The notes under the pieces are model-generated. The model saw nothing but the letters and a program-made list of their open reading frames with translations, had not been told where the DNA came from and ran no database searches. DNA of 64,000 bases, from the NCBI GenBank assembly GCA_002633005.1, contig NMRA01000005.1, positions 2,188,088 through 2,252,087 on the forward strand, written 5' to 3'. Shown in pieces: positions 26,138-36,900 of the stretch. The stretch comes from Phoronis australis. Lineage: Eukaryota > Animalia > Phoronida. The position numbers and the translations under genes are program-made. Within the stretch, counting starts at the first letter, position 1; every line of letters begins with the position of its first letter.

Positions 26138-26440
26138 ATGAAGTTCCGATCAAGACTGACAGTGTGTAGTATCCTTAGTTTGCTCGGTGTATTTACTTAC
26201 TGCAAATTCGGTGAGTTCATCCAACATGAGAACATCACTGGGGTCAGGCAGAAGATTCAGGCCTCCTTGGCAGGAGTATACAGAAGACAGCTGTCCTCCA
26301 TCAACAGTATATGCAACCATCCTCCCGCCGCTCATGCCAAGAGCGACTTCAACACGGCCGCAATGCTGCTCGAGTCAAAAAGCGACATCGCCGTGGATGG
26401 ATGGGATGAAGAACAATGGACTAATTCAGCAGAACTTCGG
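26138..26440 (+). CDS. alpha-mannosidase coding exon 1 (TM anchor and stem, 101 codons)
   Basis: ATG preceded by an acceptor-like tctcttttcag (26116-26126), implying an upstream 5' UTR exon; donor gtacgt at 26441. Confidence 0.8.
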
Positions 26441-29400
26441 GTACGTTGTAGACGTCAATAATCATAGTTAATTACCTTTTTTCCTGCATAAATATGTTAA
26501 AATCGCGGCAGGCATATAATGCATTGCACATATCAAAAAGAATAGTTAAAGAGGCATGGAACTCGAAAGCTCGTCAAAACTATATTTTAAACAATTCCTG
26601 ACGAAAGCACCATCTCGCAACGTGTAGTACAGAGGAATTCGCATTCCCCTGTGAAGAAATTTCCAGAAAAAAGTTGCAAAAATTCACGATTGTTGAAATA
26701 CGCACGAATAAAAAACTCTTTGATTACCACAGAGTTTCTAATCTCCGTCCCACTTATGATAAATGGGTGCTCACAGCTTGAAGTCGCTTGAGGTCACATT
26801 TTCCGTATAAGGGAAATGTGTTACGTCCATGTCTTACCATACTATGTAAGGAGACGTGCTTTGCCTTGTGAGAGAAAATCGACAAAGTGGCGAGCAGTTG
26901 ACAGATCGTTTTTTGAAAATTGGAACGAAGAGAAAATGCTTTGATATCAACAAAAATTAAAGATCTTTACGAACAAACCCTAAAATATACCTGGTGAGCA
27001 GGTTGAATTCTGTTTCAGTGGCAGAAAATCACTTTCAATATCCCAATTTAGTCTATTTATCGCGTTCCAGGCCTATTTAAATTGTGTTGTTTCTTATCGG
27101 GTCACAAAGGCGGATCTACGTTATCGTATGGTGGCAAAGATTTTACCCAATGGCAAAAGGCAATGAAGCACGTGTGATATTTGACCTCTAACAGGGGGAT
27201 CTCTGAGTAAATAAGCAGAAACAATCAAAATCCACAAAGCTGTTACTTTTGGCTTGATGGGGACCGGGCCCCTTGCCTGTGATTCCGGCACCTAGCATTT
27301 AGGTGCGCTGCTAGACCTTTTCTTTAGATATAATTCTACTCAAAGCCAGGCCGAGAATGCTTTACTTTCTTCTATACACACCTTGAACACCTCTCATTGA
27401 AGGGTAGCGGCGGCATTAAGGCCACCAACAGCACTGGCGGAAACAATTATGAATTCTTTCGTATCCTATGGTAAAAGTTGGATTCACCAATTGTCAGACT
27501 TTGCGATATCTCTCGGGAGATGATGACAGCATCGCAGTAGCAAAATTTGTTCTAAAATTGGATTTGCTGGTATTAAAACATTACAAAATTGTAACGAAAT
27601 GAAACCAGTTCCGATAATTTGATATGGCAGGCACTCAACCTCGTAGAAGAGTAGAAACGTTGATTGAAGAATCGGAGGAAATTGGCCAATAGGTGATGCA
27701 ATGGCGCCAAAAGCCGACCCAAAAGAGCGCATCACAATTTTAGCAACAGATTAACGATAGAACGCCTATTTTTCCAACACCTGTAAATAGTTTAGTTTAC
27801 TCAAGTAAGAGTGCAGTTTGTGATGACATCAATTAATTTTGGCGGCGACAGGCCCGATGAATTATATAAGCGAAGGATGCCGGAGGGAGTGAAATGAAGC
27901 TGACGGACTGACGTCACCCAGGCCGTTGAGCCACTACGGATTGACGTCCGGGAATAACGGCCCGCGAGAAAAAAAAAACAGAACAACTCGAATCTTAATG
28001 CTAGGCCGGTGCACTACCTGGGACCAAGGCGGTGCCGATACTGACGCAACGAAGGTCTGTAGCGGAGCGGGGGAGACGGAGTTTCCGCGAACGATGCATT
28101 TTATATAATATAGAAGATACATAATTATATGTGCTACGCTGCTGGGACCTTGGCATTCATCGTCCTCTTTCAGACCGAAGTTCTTCATGAAATTTGCATA
28201 ACTGATGTATTCCCGCCAAAAGCCTTGAATTCGAGTAGATCTGATTACACTCGTGTGCCCCCTCGTGGGAATTCCAGACTCTTCGCGTTTACGACAAACT
28301 GACAAAGGCTTTGAAAAGTTCTCATGACAGTAAGCACCTATTTTATCTAGACCATAGAAGGTCCATTTGCAGACATGCCTTTGTCCTTTTTCTACCGGCA
28401 GTGGACGGACCGCTTGTCGTCGTGATTACTAATGGTACTTTATTGGCCAAAAATCATGAAGACTACCTTGATGAAATTTTTCACTTTAGTTCCTATAGGA
28501 GGAACGCAAATAGGACTGGTTTGTTATAGGACAATTTTGGTTGAGTGCTTTAGGTGTGAATTTCAAATAAATTTTGGTTCATCACCATTTTGTTAAAAAT
28601 TTACAAAACCAATAGCCGGCTACGATTTCTTTATTTGAGTTTGGGTTTTCTTACTGCAATGCTACGTATTATTTTTATATTCCCGTTAACCTGCATCTCT
28701 TGTTGATCGTTTATTGTCTGTTTAACCTCGCTCTCTGATGTGGATTCATAGCCGCGTAAAACATTTTTGCGCTCCCACTTTGATGTTACTGAATAAAATT
28801 TTGGTCATGTAATTTTTGTCGCATCACAGCTTAGCGATGGTTTACACAAATCGCTTGATTATCTAACAATCGTAGGTATATTCCCTGAGACTATATCTTC
28901 TTGTACTGAGGTTAAATCATTTTTTGTAAAAAAATACGTGGAGCGTGAGATAAAACTTCTTTGCATCAGCATCAAGGTGACTTACTCAAGTATACGATTC
29001 ATTCACATTCATTGAATAAACTTGAAAAGAATGGGGCGATTAGCGTAACTATCTTTAGTTGACGATTCTGACATAAATTGTTTTCGGTCTGAAAATGTAG
29101 ACTCATTCTGTTCTTCTTATCTGGAAATACACTCTTATTTCAGGCAAGGCACAAAGTCAACGAAGCATCTTCCGACGCTTCTGTTGTCAACAGCAGCTCA
29201 CTACATGTTGTTGTTATCCCTCATTCCCACAATGACCCCGGCTGGTTACAAACACTTCAGGACTATTGGACTAAAACCAGGCAAATTCTTGATAACATGC
29301 TGCAAAAGCTACTCCATTATAAAGATATGAGGTTCATCTGGTCCGAGACGGTGTTTCTATCCATGTGGTGGGACACGTTGAGTAGAGCACAAAGAGAAGC

Positions 29401-32083
29401 AGTCACAATGCTCCTGCGGCTCGGACGGTTGGAGATCGTCACTGGCGGCTGGGTAATGCCCGACGAGGCCTCCCCTCACTACGCCCAAATTATTGACCAA
29501 ATGATCGAGGGACATGAGTGGTTACGGAACCACCTCGGGTATAACGTGACCAACAACTGGTCCAATGATCCGTTTGGTTACTCCGTCACTATGGCGTTTC
29601 TGCTGAAGATGGCTGGGTACGAAAACATGGCTATCGTACGAATTCACCAAGATCTAAAGGAACAGCTTGGGAGGAAGCAAGCTATGAATTTTGAATGGAG
29701 ACAAGAGTGGGCAAGAAAAGATGAAACGGATATCTTCTGCTATGTTGATCCATACGGGTACATTATCAAGGAAAACTGTGGGCCTAATTGGGACATTTGT
29801 AAATTATTCGATTTTCATCCCCTAAATCCTTCAGCCTTGAAAAGGGAACACATTCAGGAGTACATTCCGCGCCTAGTGGAGCAGTTCTGGCTGAAGGCTA
29901 GAAATTACAAACATAATGTCATACCCATTTTTCTTGGGGACGACTTTCGGTATGACACTTTAGAGGAGTGGGATATGCAATACAACAACTGGAAGTTCAT
30001 AATGAAAACTATCAATTCTAACCCTACTTTTGGAGTAAGCATAAAATTCGGAACACTTAATGACTACTTCCGATCCGTATCGGCAGACATTACAAAACGA
30101 GGCGACAGTAACAGTGTCCTCACGGGGGACTTCTTCCCATATTCCGACAACAAAAGAGATTACTGGACCGGCTACTTCACTACTAGACCATACCTTAAAC
30201 AGGCTATTCGTACTTTAAGTCGCCACTTAAGAGCTGCTGAAATCCTCCACACGTTGACTTATGGATACGCCAAAATGAACGCAACGCAGTGTATTCATGA
30301 CGATAATATATCAAAACTCCTCGCTTCGGCCAGACGTGATGCCGGTCTTCTCCAACATCATGACGCTATAACTGGAACATCAACTTTTGACGCGGCTTTC
30401 GATTACGAGCAAAGACTTTACAAGGCATTACGCAATGCCAGAAGAGTCATGGAACAGGGTGCGAATTGTTTGCTGAAGACTAGTGACCTCGAAGTTATTG
30501 AATTTGGCTCGCAATTGACGCCATTTTTGAAGCAGCAAGATACCGACTCCGCGTACGAACAAGCGTGGAAATTCCATATGCCGGAGTATAAGGGCATAGA
30601 AATAACTCGAAGTGGAAATGTGTTGTATGTATTTAACTCTTTAGCCCATGCTAGACGTGAAGTGATACATGTATTAATCAGCAGCCCTGAAGTAAATGTA
30701 CTGTCAGTCAAAGGTAACGTCCAGTGTCAGATCAGTGTTCTAACAACAGGCGGGGACCTGTCGAACAAAACTTTTGAACTGCTGTTCGTGGCAGATTTAG
30801 AGCCTATGGGTATCTCAAAGTATTCAATCATTCCAAAGTCGCTATCTAAACAAACTTGTGAATCTGCTACTGTAGAAATGTCACAGAACGGACGACAAAA
30901 TCGTCACCCTAATTTTAAATATAAACCCCTTAAATTAAGTGAAAACATAATTCTAAGGAATGGCATCATAACTGCAGGTTTATCACCGACTACTGGAGTA
31001 CTTCTTTCTTTGAGCACTAAAACCGGTTCTGAAAACTTAAATATGGAATTTCTCCGTTATCCCAAAACCGCAAGCGGTGCGTACATATTTAAACCTTACC
31101 AAGACACAGTGCCATTGAGAGGACACAATGTAACGGTTGTTGTACAGCGCGGAGTGCTATTGTCACAGGTTTACTCCTGTTGGGGAGAAAATCTTGAATT
31201 TAAGGTCTTAGTTTATCATACAAAAACAGCGAAACAGCATTGTGTAGAGATACAAAATTTGCTGCTGAAAACCTTTGCGCCTTTCGAGATAGCAATGAAG
31301 TTCAGAACTACGATTCGAAACAACAGAACTCTGTATACAGACTCAAATGGTTTACAGATGGTCGAAAGGCGTTCTTATCGACATCTATCGGCTGCCGGCA
31401 ACTACTATCCTATTACCAACCAGGCGTACATAGAGGATAGCCGCTCACGACTGACATTGCTAGCAGCGCAGCCTCACGGAGCGGCGAGTTTACAAGACGG
31501 GGAGTTGGAGGTAGCGTTGGAGCATAAAACGGTGGTCAATGACGATCGCGGGATGTCGGAGAATGTCGATGAACCCCATATTGTACCCAGCCGGTTCATT
31601 CTCTTGTTAGAATCTCGTCTTCAAGATGTTAGCTTGAATTCGTCTATTTCTCATCCAACCGTGTTAAGTCAGATGGTCAGTCGAAATTTTGAACATCATC
31701 CATTCATTTTGAAATCCCTAGTGGACGGAGGGAATTTCACCATAGCTAAAGATAATTTCAGTCCTCTGCTTCAACCTTTCCCATGTGATGTTCACGTGGT
31801 TAATCTAAGAGTTCTTATTGGCGCTGACGATTTGCCAAATGGCAAAGTTCTGATGCTAGTACACAAGAATAGGATATGGTGCAATGCGTTTGAGGAACAC
31901 GGGTCCAGTAGGTGTGTTAATAAAGACGGTCAATTGGTACCCAAGAAACTATTCAATGACATTGAAGTAAAAGATATTCAAGAATGGACTTTGACGCTCA
32001 AGCATAAGCTTAAAGATCTTTGCCGTAATGATGCAATTGTAATGAAACCAAATTATATCCATTCATTCAAGTTAATGTTTTGA
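26138..32083 (+). CDS. Golgi alpha-mannosidase II-like glycoside hydrolase family 38 (MAN2A-type), 1080 aa; coding exons 26138-26440 and 29144-32083
   Basis: N-terminal type II signal-anchor (MKFRSRLTVCSILSLLGVFTY); phase-0 junction CGG|gtacgt...tttcag|GCA. GH38 motifs HSHNDPGW (Zn), FIWSE, GGWVMPDEA, NDPFG (nucleophile Asp), GDDFR, YWTGYFTTRP, QHHDAITGT, SGAYIF, YTDSNG, NYYP, DDRG. Orthology to MAN2A1/2 not established. Confidence 0.95.
26550..27076. mobile_element. MITE with TTAA target duplication (Kolobok-like ends) in the mannosidase intron
   Basis: TTAA|AGAGGCATGGAACTCG ... CGCGTTCCAGGCCTAT|TTAA. Confidence 0.65.
29144..32083 (+). CDS. alpha-mannosidase coding exon 2 (entire catalytic region)
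   Basis: Uninterrupted 2940-bp frame; extends the 928-aa ORF upstream by 51 codons, which include HSHNDPGW. Confidence 0.95.
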   Translation, partial: ARHKVNEASSDASVVNSSSLHVVVIPHSHNDPGWLQTLQDYWTKTRQILDNMLQKLLHYKDMRFIWSETVFLSMWWDTLSRAQREAVTMLLRLGRLEIVTGGWVMPDEASPHYAQIIDQMIEGHEWLRNHLGYNVTNNWSNDPFGYSVTMAFLLKMAGYENMAIVRIHQDLKEQLGRKQAMNFEWRQEWARKDETDIFCYVDPYGYIIKENCGPNWDICKLFDFHPLNPSALKREHIQEYIPRLVEQFWLKARNYKHNVIPIFLGDDFRYDTLEEWDMQYNNWKFIMKTINSNPTFGVSIKFGTLNDYFRSVSADITKRGDSNSVLTGDFFPYSDNKRDYWTGYFTTRPYLKQAIRTLSRHLRAAEILHTLTYGYAKMNATQCIHDDNISKLLASARRDAGLLQHHDAITGTSTFDAAFDYEQRLYKALRNARRVMEQGANCLLKTSDLEVIEFGSQLTPFLKQQDTDSAYEQAWKFHMPEYKGIEITRSGNVLYVFNSLAHARREVIHVLISSPEVNVLSVKGNVQCQISVLTTGGDLSNKTFELLFVADLEPMGISKYSIIPKSLSKQTCESATVEMSQNGRQNRHPNFKYKPLKLSENIILRNGIITAGLSPTTGVLLSLSTKTGSENLNMEFLRYPKTASGAYIFKPYQDTVPLRGHNVTVVVQRGVLLSQVYSCWGENLEFKVLVYHTKTAKQHCVEIQNLLLKTFAPFEIAMKFRTTIRNNRTLYTDSNGLQMVERRSYRHLSAAGNYYPITNQAYIEDSRSRLTLLAAQPHGAASLQDGELEVALEHKTVVNDDRGMSENVDEPHIVPSRFILLLESRLQDVSLNSSISHPTVLSQMVSRNFEHHPFILKSLVDGGNFTIAKDNFSPLLQPFPCDVHVVNLRVLIGADDLPNGKVLMLVHKNRIWCNAFEEHGSSRCVNKDGQLVPKKLFNDIEVKDIQEWTLTLKHKLKDLCRNDAIVMKPNYIHSFKLMF

Positions 32084-32087
32084 ACTG

Positions 32088-32192
32088 TGTTGCCGCTGCC
32101 ATTGTTGTTGTTGTTTTTATTACTGTTGTTTCTGCTGCTGTTGCTTGTATTGCTAATAATTCTGTTGATAATGATGTTGTTGGTTCTTGTTG
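32088..32192 (+). repeat. Degenerate (TGT/TGC)n trinucleotide tract in the mannosidase 3' UTR
   Basis: Starts a few bases after the TGA stop. Confidence 0.85.
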
Positions 32193-33813
32193 ACAATAAA
32201 ATTGTTTAAATCTGGACATTTTCGCTTTGTCTGAGTCATCAGTTGACCTATGAATTGACTGTTTCTTGGCGATGTATTTGGCTGAAAACCAGTTTAAAAT
32301 CAGTTTCAAGAATAAAAAAATTGTTCAGTGCCTTTGTTTTGTATTGTGAGCATATAACCGTGTTGTGTTTTGATGAAAAACAATGGTTTTAACTGAAGTT
32401 TAAACTTAAGTAACTTTTGGCCACAACTCAAAAGTAGCTTTGAGCTAATCTAATACGAATAGGCGCGGGTCAACTCGAACCCACATTTAATATTGTGGGA
32501 AATAATACTGACCTGTGAGGTTTGTGTTTTACATATGTATATTACACATGTTGTTAAGCACAACAGTGTAGGAAAACTTATTGGAATGTGAATACATTGT
32601 ATGATCTATGTATACAATTAACCTCTTAGGGCTGTTATGTCATGTAGTTTGCAATTTCTTGCTGGGGGTGCATATTCAACCCTTGCTTGTGACAAATTTT
32701 AAAACGATAACTTTTTCATATTCCTAGAATTTGTCAACATGTATAATATGTTTATAAAACTGATCTGAAACATAATATGTATGAGTTAGTTACACAACGA
32801 CAATGACAATTAGATGCAGATAATCTGTTTAAGTTTTCTGGAAACGTAAACATACATCATGTGTTTAGATGTTTTGAAATGAAAAAAAGGGAAACATTGG
32901 CGTATTGTCATTTCATTGAGATGATTTCATTGTGGAAAAAGATTTTCTTTTCAACTTTTATACCTTATTTATGCGATTGTCTATGTAATGTACAGTGGTG
33001 TACTGCATTTTTACTTTTTTGGAATTCATCTTTCAAAATAGATAGTATTGAAAATCACTTGTACTTATGCTTAGTTTCGTTAAATGAAGACCAATGACAC
33101 AGAAGAATTGCATGTTTTCAAATTTATGCCAGCAAATCCCACCTTCCGTCAAAAAACAACTTTTCAGTGATTTATACCATTTACCGTTATGGAATCGGTC
33201 GAGAATCACATACATTCCATTCTTAATAAACAATTATTGCGTGCCACCTACACTGTACTAAAGCTGGAAAAATAACAAACGCCTAGTCTATAATGATTTG
33301 CTCGTGTATGATAGCAGAACTCAGTGGTCACTTTTTAAAGTCAATTTAAATAGAACAATGTTTCATTTTTGCATAGTTCATTGCCAGTTCCTTATTTATT
33401 TCCTCTTGTAATGGTTTAAAATCATAACAATATACAGTAAACTACACTTTAATTTTCTACATTTTGTATCTTTTTAAAGGTGTAGGCCTATGCAGCGCCG
33501 GGTGGAACTCTCTAGCCTGAAGCTGGCGATTTTGACTCGACCTTAGTAATAGCCGTAGTAAATAAAGTTTGCACATCAGAGTGTCCAAAGTGCATTGTTA
33601 CCTATGTTAATTAAGCAAAACTACGGGATACAGGTAGGCCTAGGACAAGCACAACAGTAGGCCTCATAGTAAACCTAACAAGCTACACAAAACATGGAAA
33701 GTAAATGCATTCACAGGTTGGAGAAATATATAGAACAGCGTTGACCCATATGTTGAAATCTGAAGGTCACTGTCGTATTGGTGATAAAGCGAACACTTGG
33801 GTCAACAAGCGAG

Positions 33814-33909
33814 ATGATGAGAAGGGCCGAATGTACGGGTCCCGGTGCACCGTTAACTATTGCGGAGAAACCCATACCGGATCCACCATCCAAAGGCTTG
33901 GTAGTGAAG
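33814..33909 (+). CDS. ADH exon 1
   Basis: MMRRAECTGPGAPLTIAEKPIPDPPSKGLVVK, donor gtaaag. Confidence 0.85.
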
Positions 33910-36900
33910 GTAAAGCAGGCTCATGGCAACAATTTCTTTGTAATAAACCTATTCGTAAGCCTACTTCAAACAGTATGTGGCAGGGCAATGTGTGAATTAG
34001 ATTCATGAGTACTCAGCTCGTGAGTTATCTTTAAACTGTAATTTCGGAGATAGTTTGAGATGATACTCGTTTTGTTTGTAGGGTTAACAGTGACAGTATC
34101 AAAAGTGACCTTTATTGGCACTGTCAGAGAGCTAACTCTTCTTAAAGCTGTATCAACGACAGTTGGTATGAAGATTGGGCATTAATAAGTATCACGAACG
34201 CCGGGGGATACACTCAGCTTGTAGGTATAAACAAAGTAACTCGCCAACACAGTTTTTCACGCCGTCGGGTTTGGTGCAGAGGTAGGGGAGAGTGGGGAAA
34301 GTTATAACATTTTTCACTTAAATGAAAATTTCTTCCGAACAATATTGATGTTTGGTTTATTATATAGCATGTTGGTAATTTAGTCTTTCCTCCATGTGGT
34401 GCGTACGTGAAATTTTGCACCCCGAAGGCTGTTTCCTGTAGTAAGCGTTGCAAGAAGATCTGTAGAGTGATACAACATGCCACATGTGTGTGTCACATAA
34501 TAACACAGTTGTCACGGTGGACAGCAACTCCATGGGCTAACTGTAAGATGTTTTATTTTTGACGTGGCTTTGATCGTGGCATCACTATGGAACACTCGAT
34601 TTTCCTCAAATGATTGCCAACCATTATGAAAAACGATCACCACACTCTAAATGTGTACACAGCGCCAACCGAATGTGATTTTTAATTTCGTGCCTTGATA
34701 ATTATTTGTGCAATGAAATTCCGACTCCCCCAATCTCTGATTATTAACGTTTACTACCCGAGCAAGTTGTAATGTATAACAGCCTGCCCCATCTAATTCT
34801 TTTGCATCTTGCCCCTCATATTATTTCGAAAAAAGTTCTGTTCATCCTGAAATGTAGTGATTGCGCAGGGGAGAAGAAGCATATGCATTACCCATGTCGA
34901 TATCAAACATGTCATCATGTAGTGGTCTGTTGTTAAAGGAATGTATACAACAGAAATGCAATAAGTTGTCAGAATGACTTTCTAGTTTAAGGTGTCCCAA
35001 AATAACGTTTTTGTTGACAAAACAAAACACTTTCATTGACCTATTCCATATTTTGGGGAAGCTTTTGAAGTCACTGTGCATGGTCGGATAAATGCCTGTG
35101 GCAGTATGCGGACAAGTTTAGAACATATAGCAACAACATTGGTTTGAAAATGGATGCTGATGAAAGGATAGGAAAACGATTTTAGGTACGTAAAATTTTC
35201 GTCTGCGCAAAAGATATCATCACCAAAAGGATGAAATAATTTAGTGATATCGCTAGTGTTACAAATAACATGCGTTGCAAATAGCCCCGCTCTCCCTTAC
35301 TGCAGATCACACATTGGTGCTGGCATTATCACACGAGCAGAATCACCCAGCAGACGGAAATAACGTCATCCCAGAGCACCCGTTAGGACTAGGGTTAGCG
35401 TTGAGTGACGAATGGTTGGACATGAAACTTCCCTGTGCTACTACAAGTGCAAAATAAAATCTCAAAAAGAGAACTTTCTTATGTACAAGACAGATATGCT
35501 GAAACTATTAACAAACGGAATGCCATTGCCTTCGTTCGAATGCGTGTGCATTTCACTCCTTTGTGTAACGAAATTCAGTCGCCGCTAAAACGGTGAGCGT
35601 GTTAATCTGTACATGTATGTCGGTGATAAACCAAATGTCCAGAGTATCGCAGGCTGAACCAACTGTCAACACAGGAAGTCAACATGTGGCGGTCTTCGCA
35701 TAAATGGAAAAGCAACAAGAACATAGTTTTGTAGTGTCAGGGCCCCGTGACCAAATATCGAACCCTTTCCCCAATGAAAATATATCCGAGCGAAATTCCC
35801 CTCTTCAGGCCCAAAAATCTTGCTCTAGAGATTAGAAAATTCAACTCAAACTTAGTCTGTATCACTTCTGAAAATTATTAACTTTGCTTACTAGTTGAGA
35901 GGTAGTGGCCGGGTGTGGAAGAACTTACAAAAAAATTCCCGTTCATAAGGCATAGACATCATTCCCCTCAGGTGGGTGAGGCTAGTCTTTTGTCGCGGTA
36001 TTTTTAAGACATGACAGTCTCTTTTTCTCTCTCTCCCTTTAGAGTTTAATGGAGATTGATTTCTTAGTACTTTTGTCCGTAACGGAGGTGGCGTAACACT
36101 GTGGAATCGTCCTCTTATAGAACGGAATCGGAGAATTTTGTTCGTTCCTTCAACTTTCCAGTCTCTCCAGAGTCGCTTTAGTGGCCGCCAATTTCCTTTT
36201 GGTACGTGACGAAGTTCCCAAATGTATATCATGCGTGTATCTACTCGCGAAACACTCTGGCGCCTTTCACTCGTACGACTTTGTATGATCTTTCTTTTTT
36301 CTCAAGTTTTGCAGTCCCGTTTGCCGTAGCACTGTATTTTCCCTGTCAATTGTTTTAAAAGACTCCAACTTAAACAACCCTACATCCGCTACTGCAGAAA
36401 ATTGTCGTAAGAATCATAAATTGCGTATTTGGTGAAACGCACTTGTGGACCGTGAGGAGGGTCCCACAGCTACGGATATTCAGACAAAGGCAAAGTGCAT
36501 CACAGCAAGAAATGTGTTAGTTCCTCTCCTTATTCTCCGCTCGTTCTTTGGTATGAAAGTTGTAAGCAGACAGACAGGATAGCTTTCTGCAGTCTATACT
36601 GAAAACACGCAAGACTGTAAATAATCACTTGAATGAAAGGCGAATATGTCGTGACCTATTTGCGAAAGTTAGCAAAATGGTGGATATTGCAGTGATTGGT
36701 CGGTAAGGTAGGAATGTAGGCTTTTGAGCGCGATCTTGGGTCTAAGGAACTCGACCCACATTTAGTAAGTGCCTGCCACAATCTCTTGACAAGTAATACG
36801 TCTTTGAACGATCCTGACGGCGACAAGGGACTTTACTTTATGAAGGATTATGCCGTTTCCTTGGTATGATGACATAATATCAGTAATGCCATCATACACG

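Noticed and set aside
30418-31440. ORFs overlapping the mannosidase exon
   Set aside because: Antisense or alternate-frame shadows of a long coding exon
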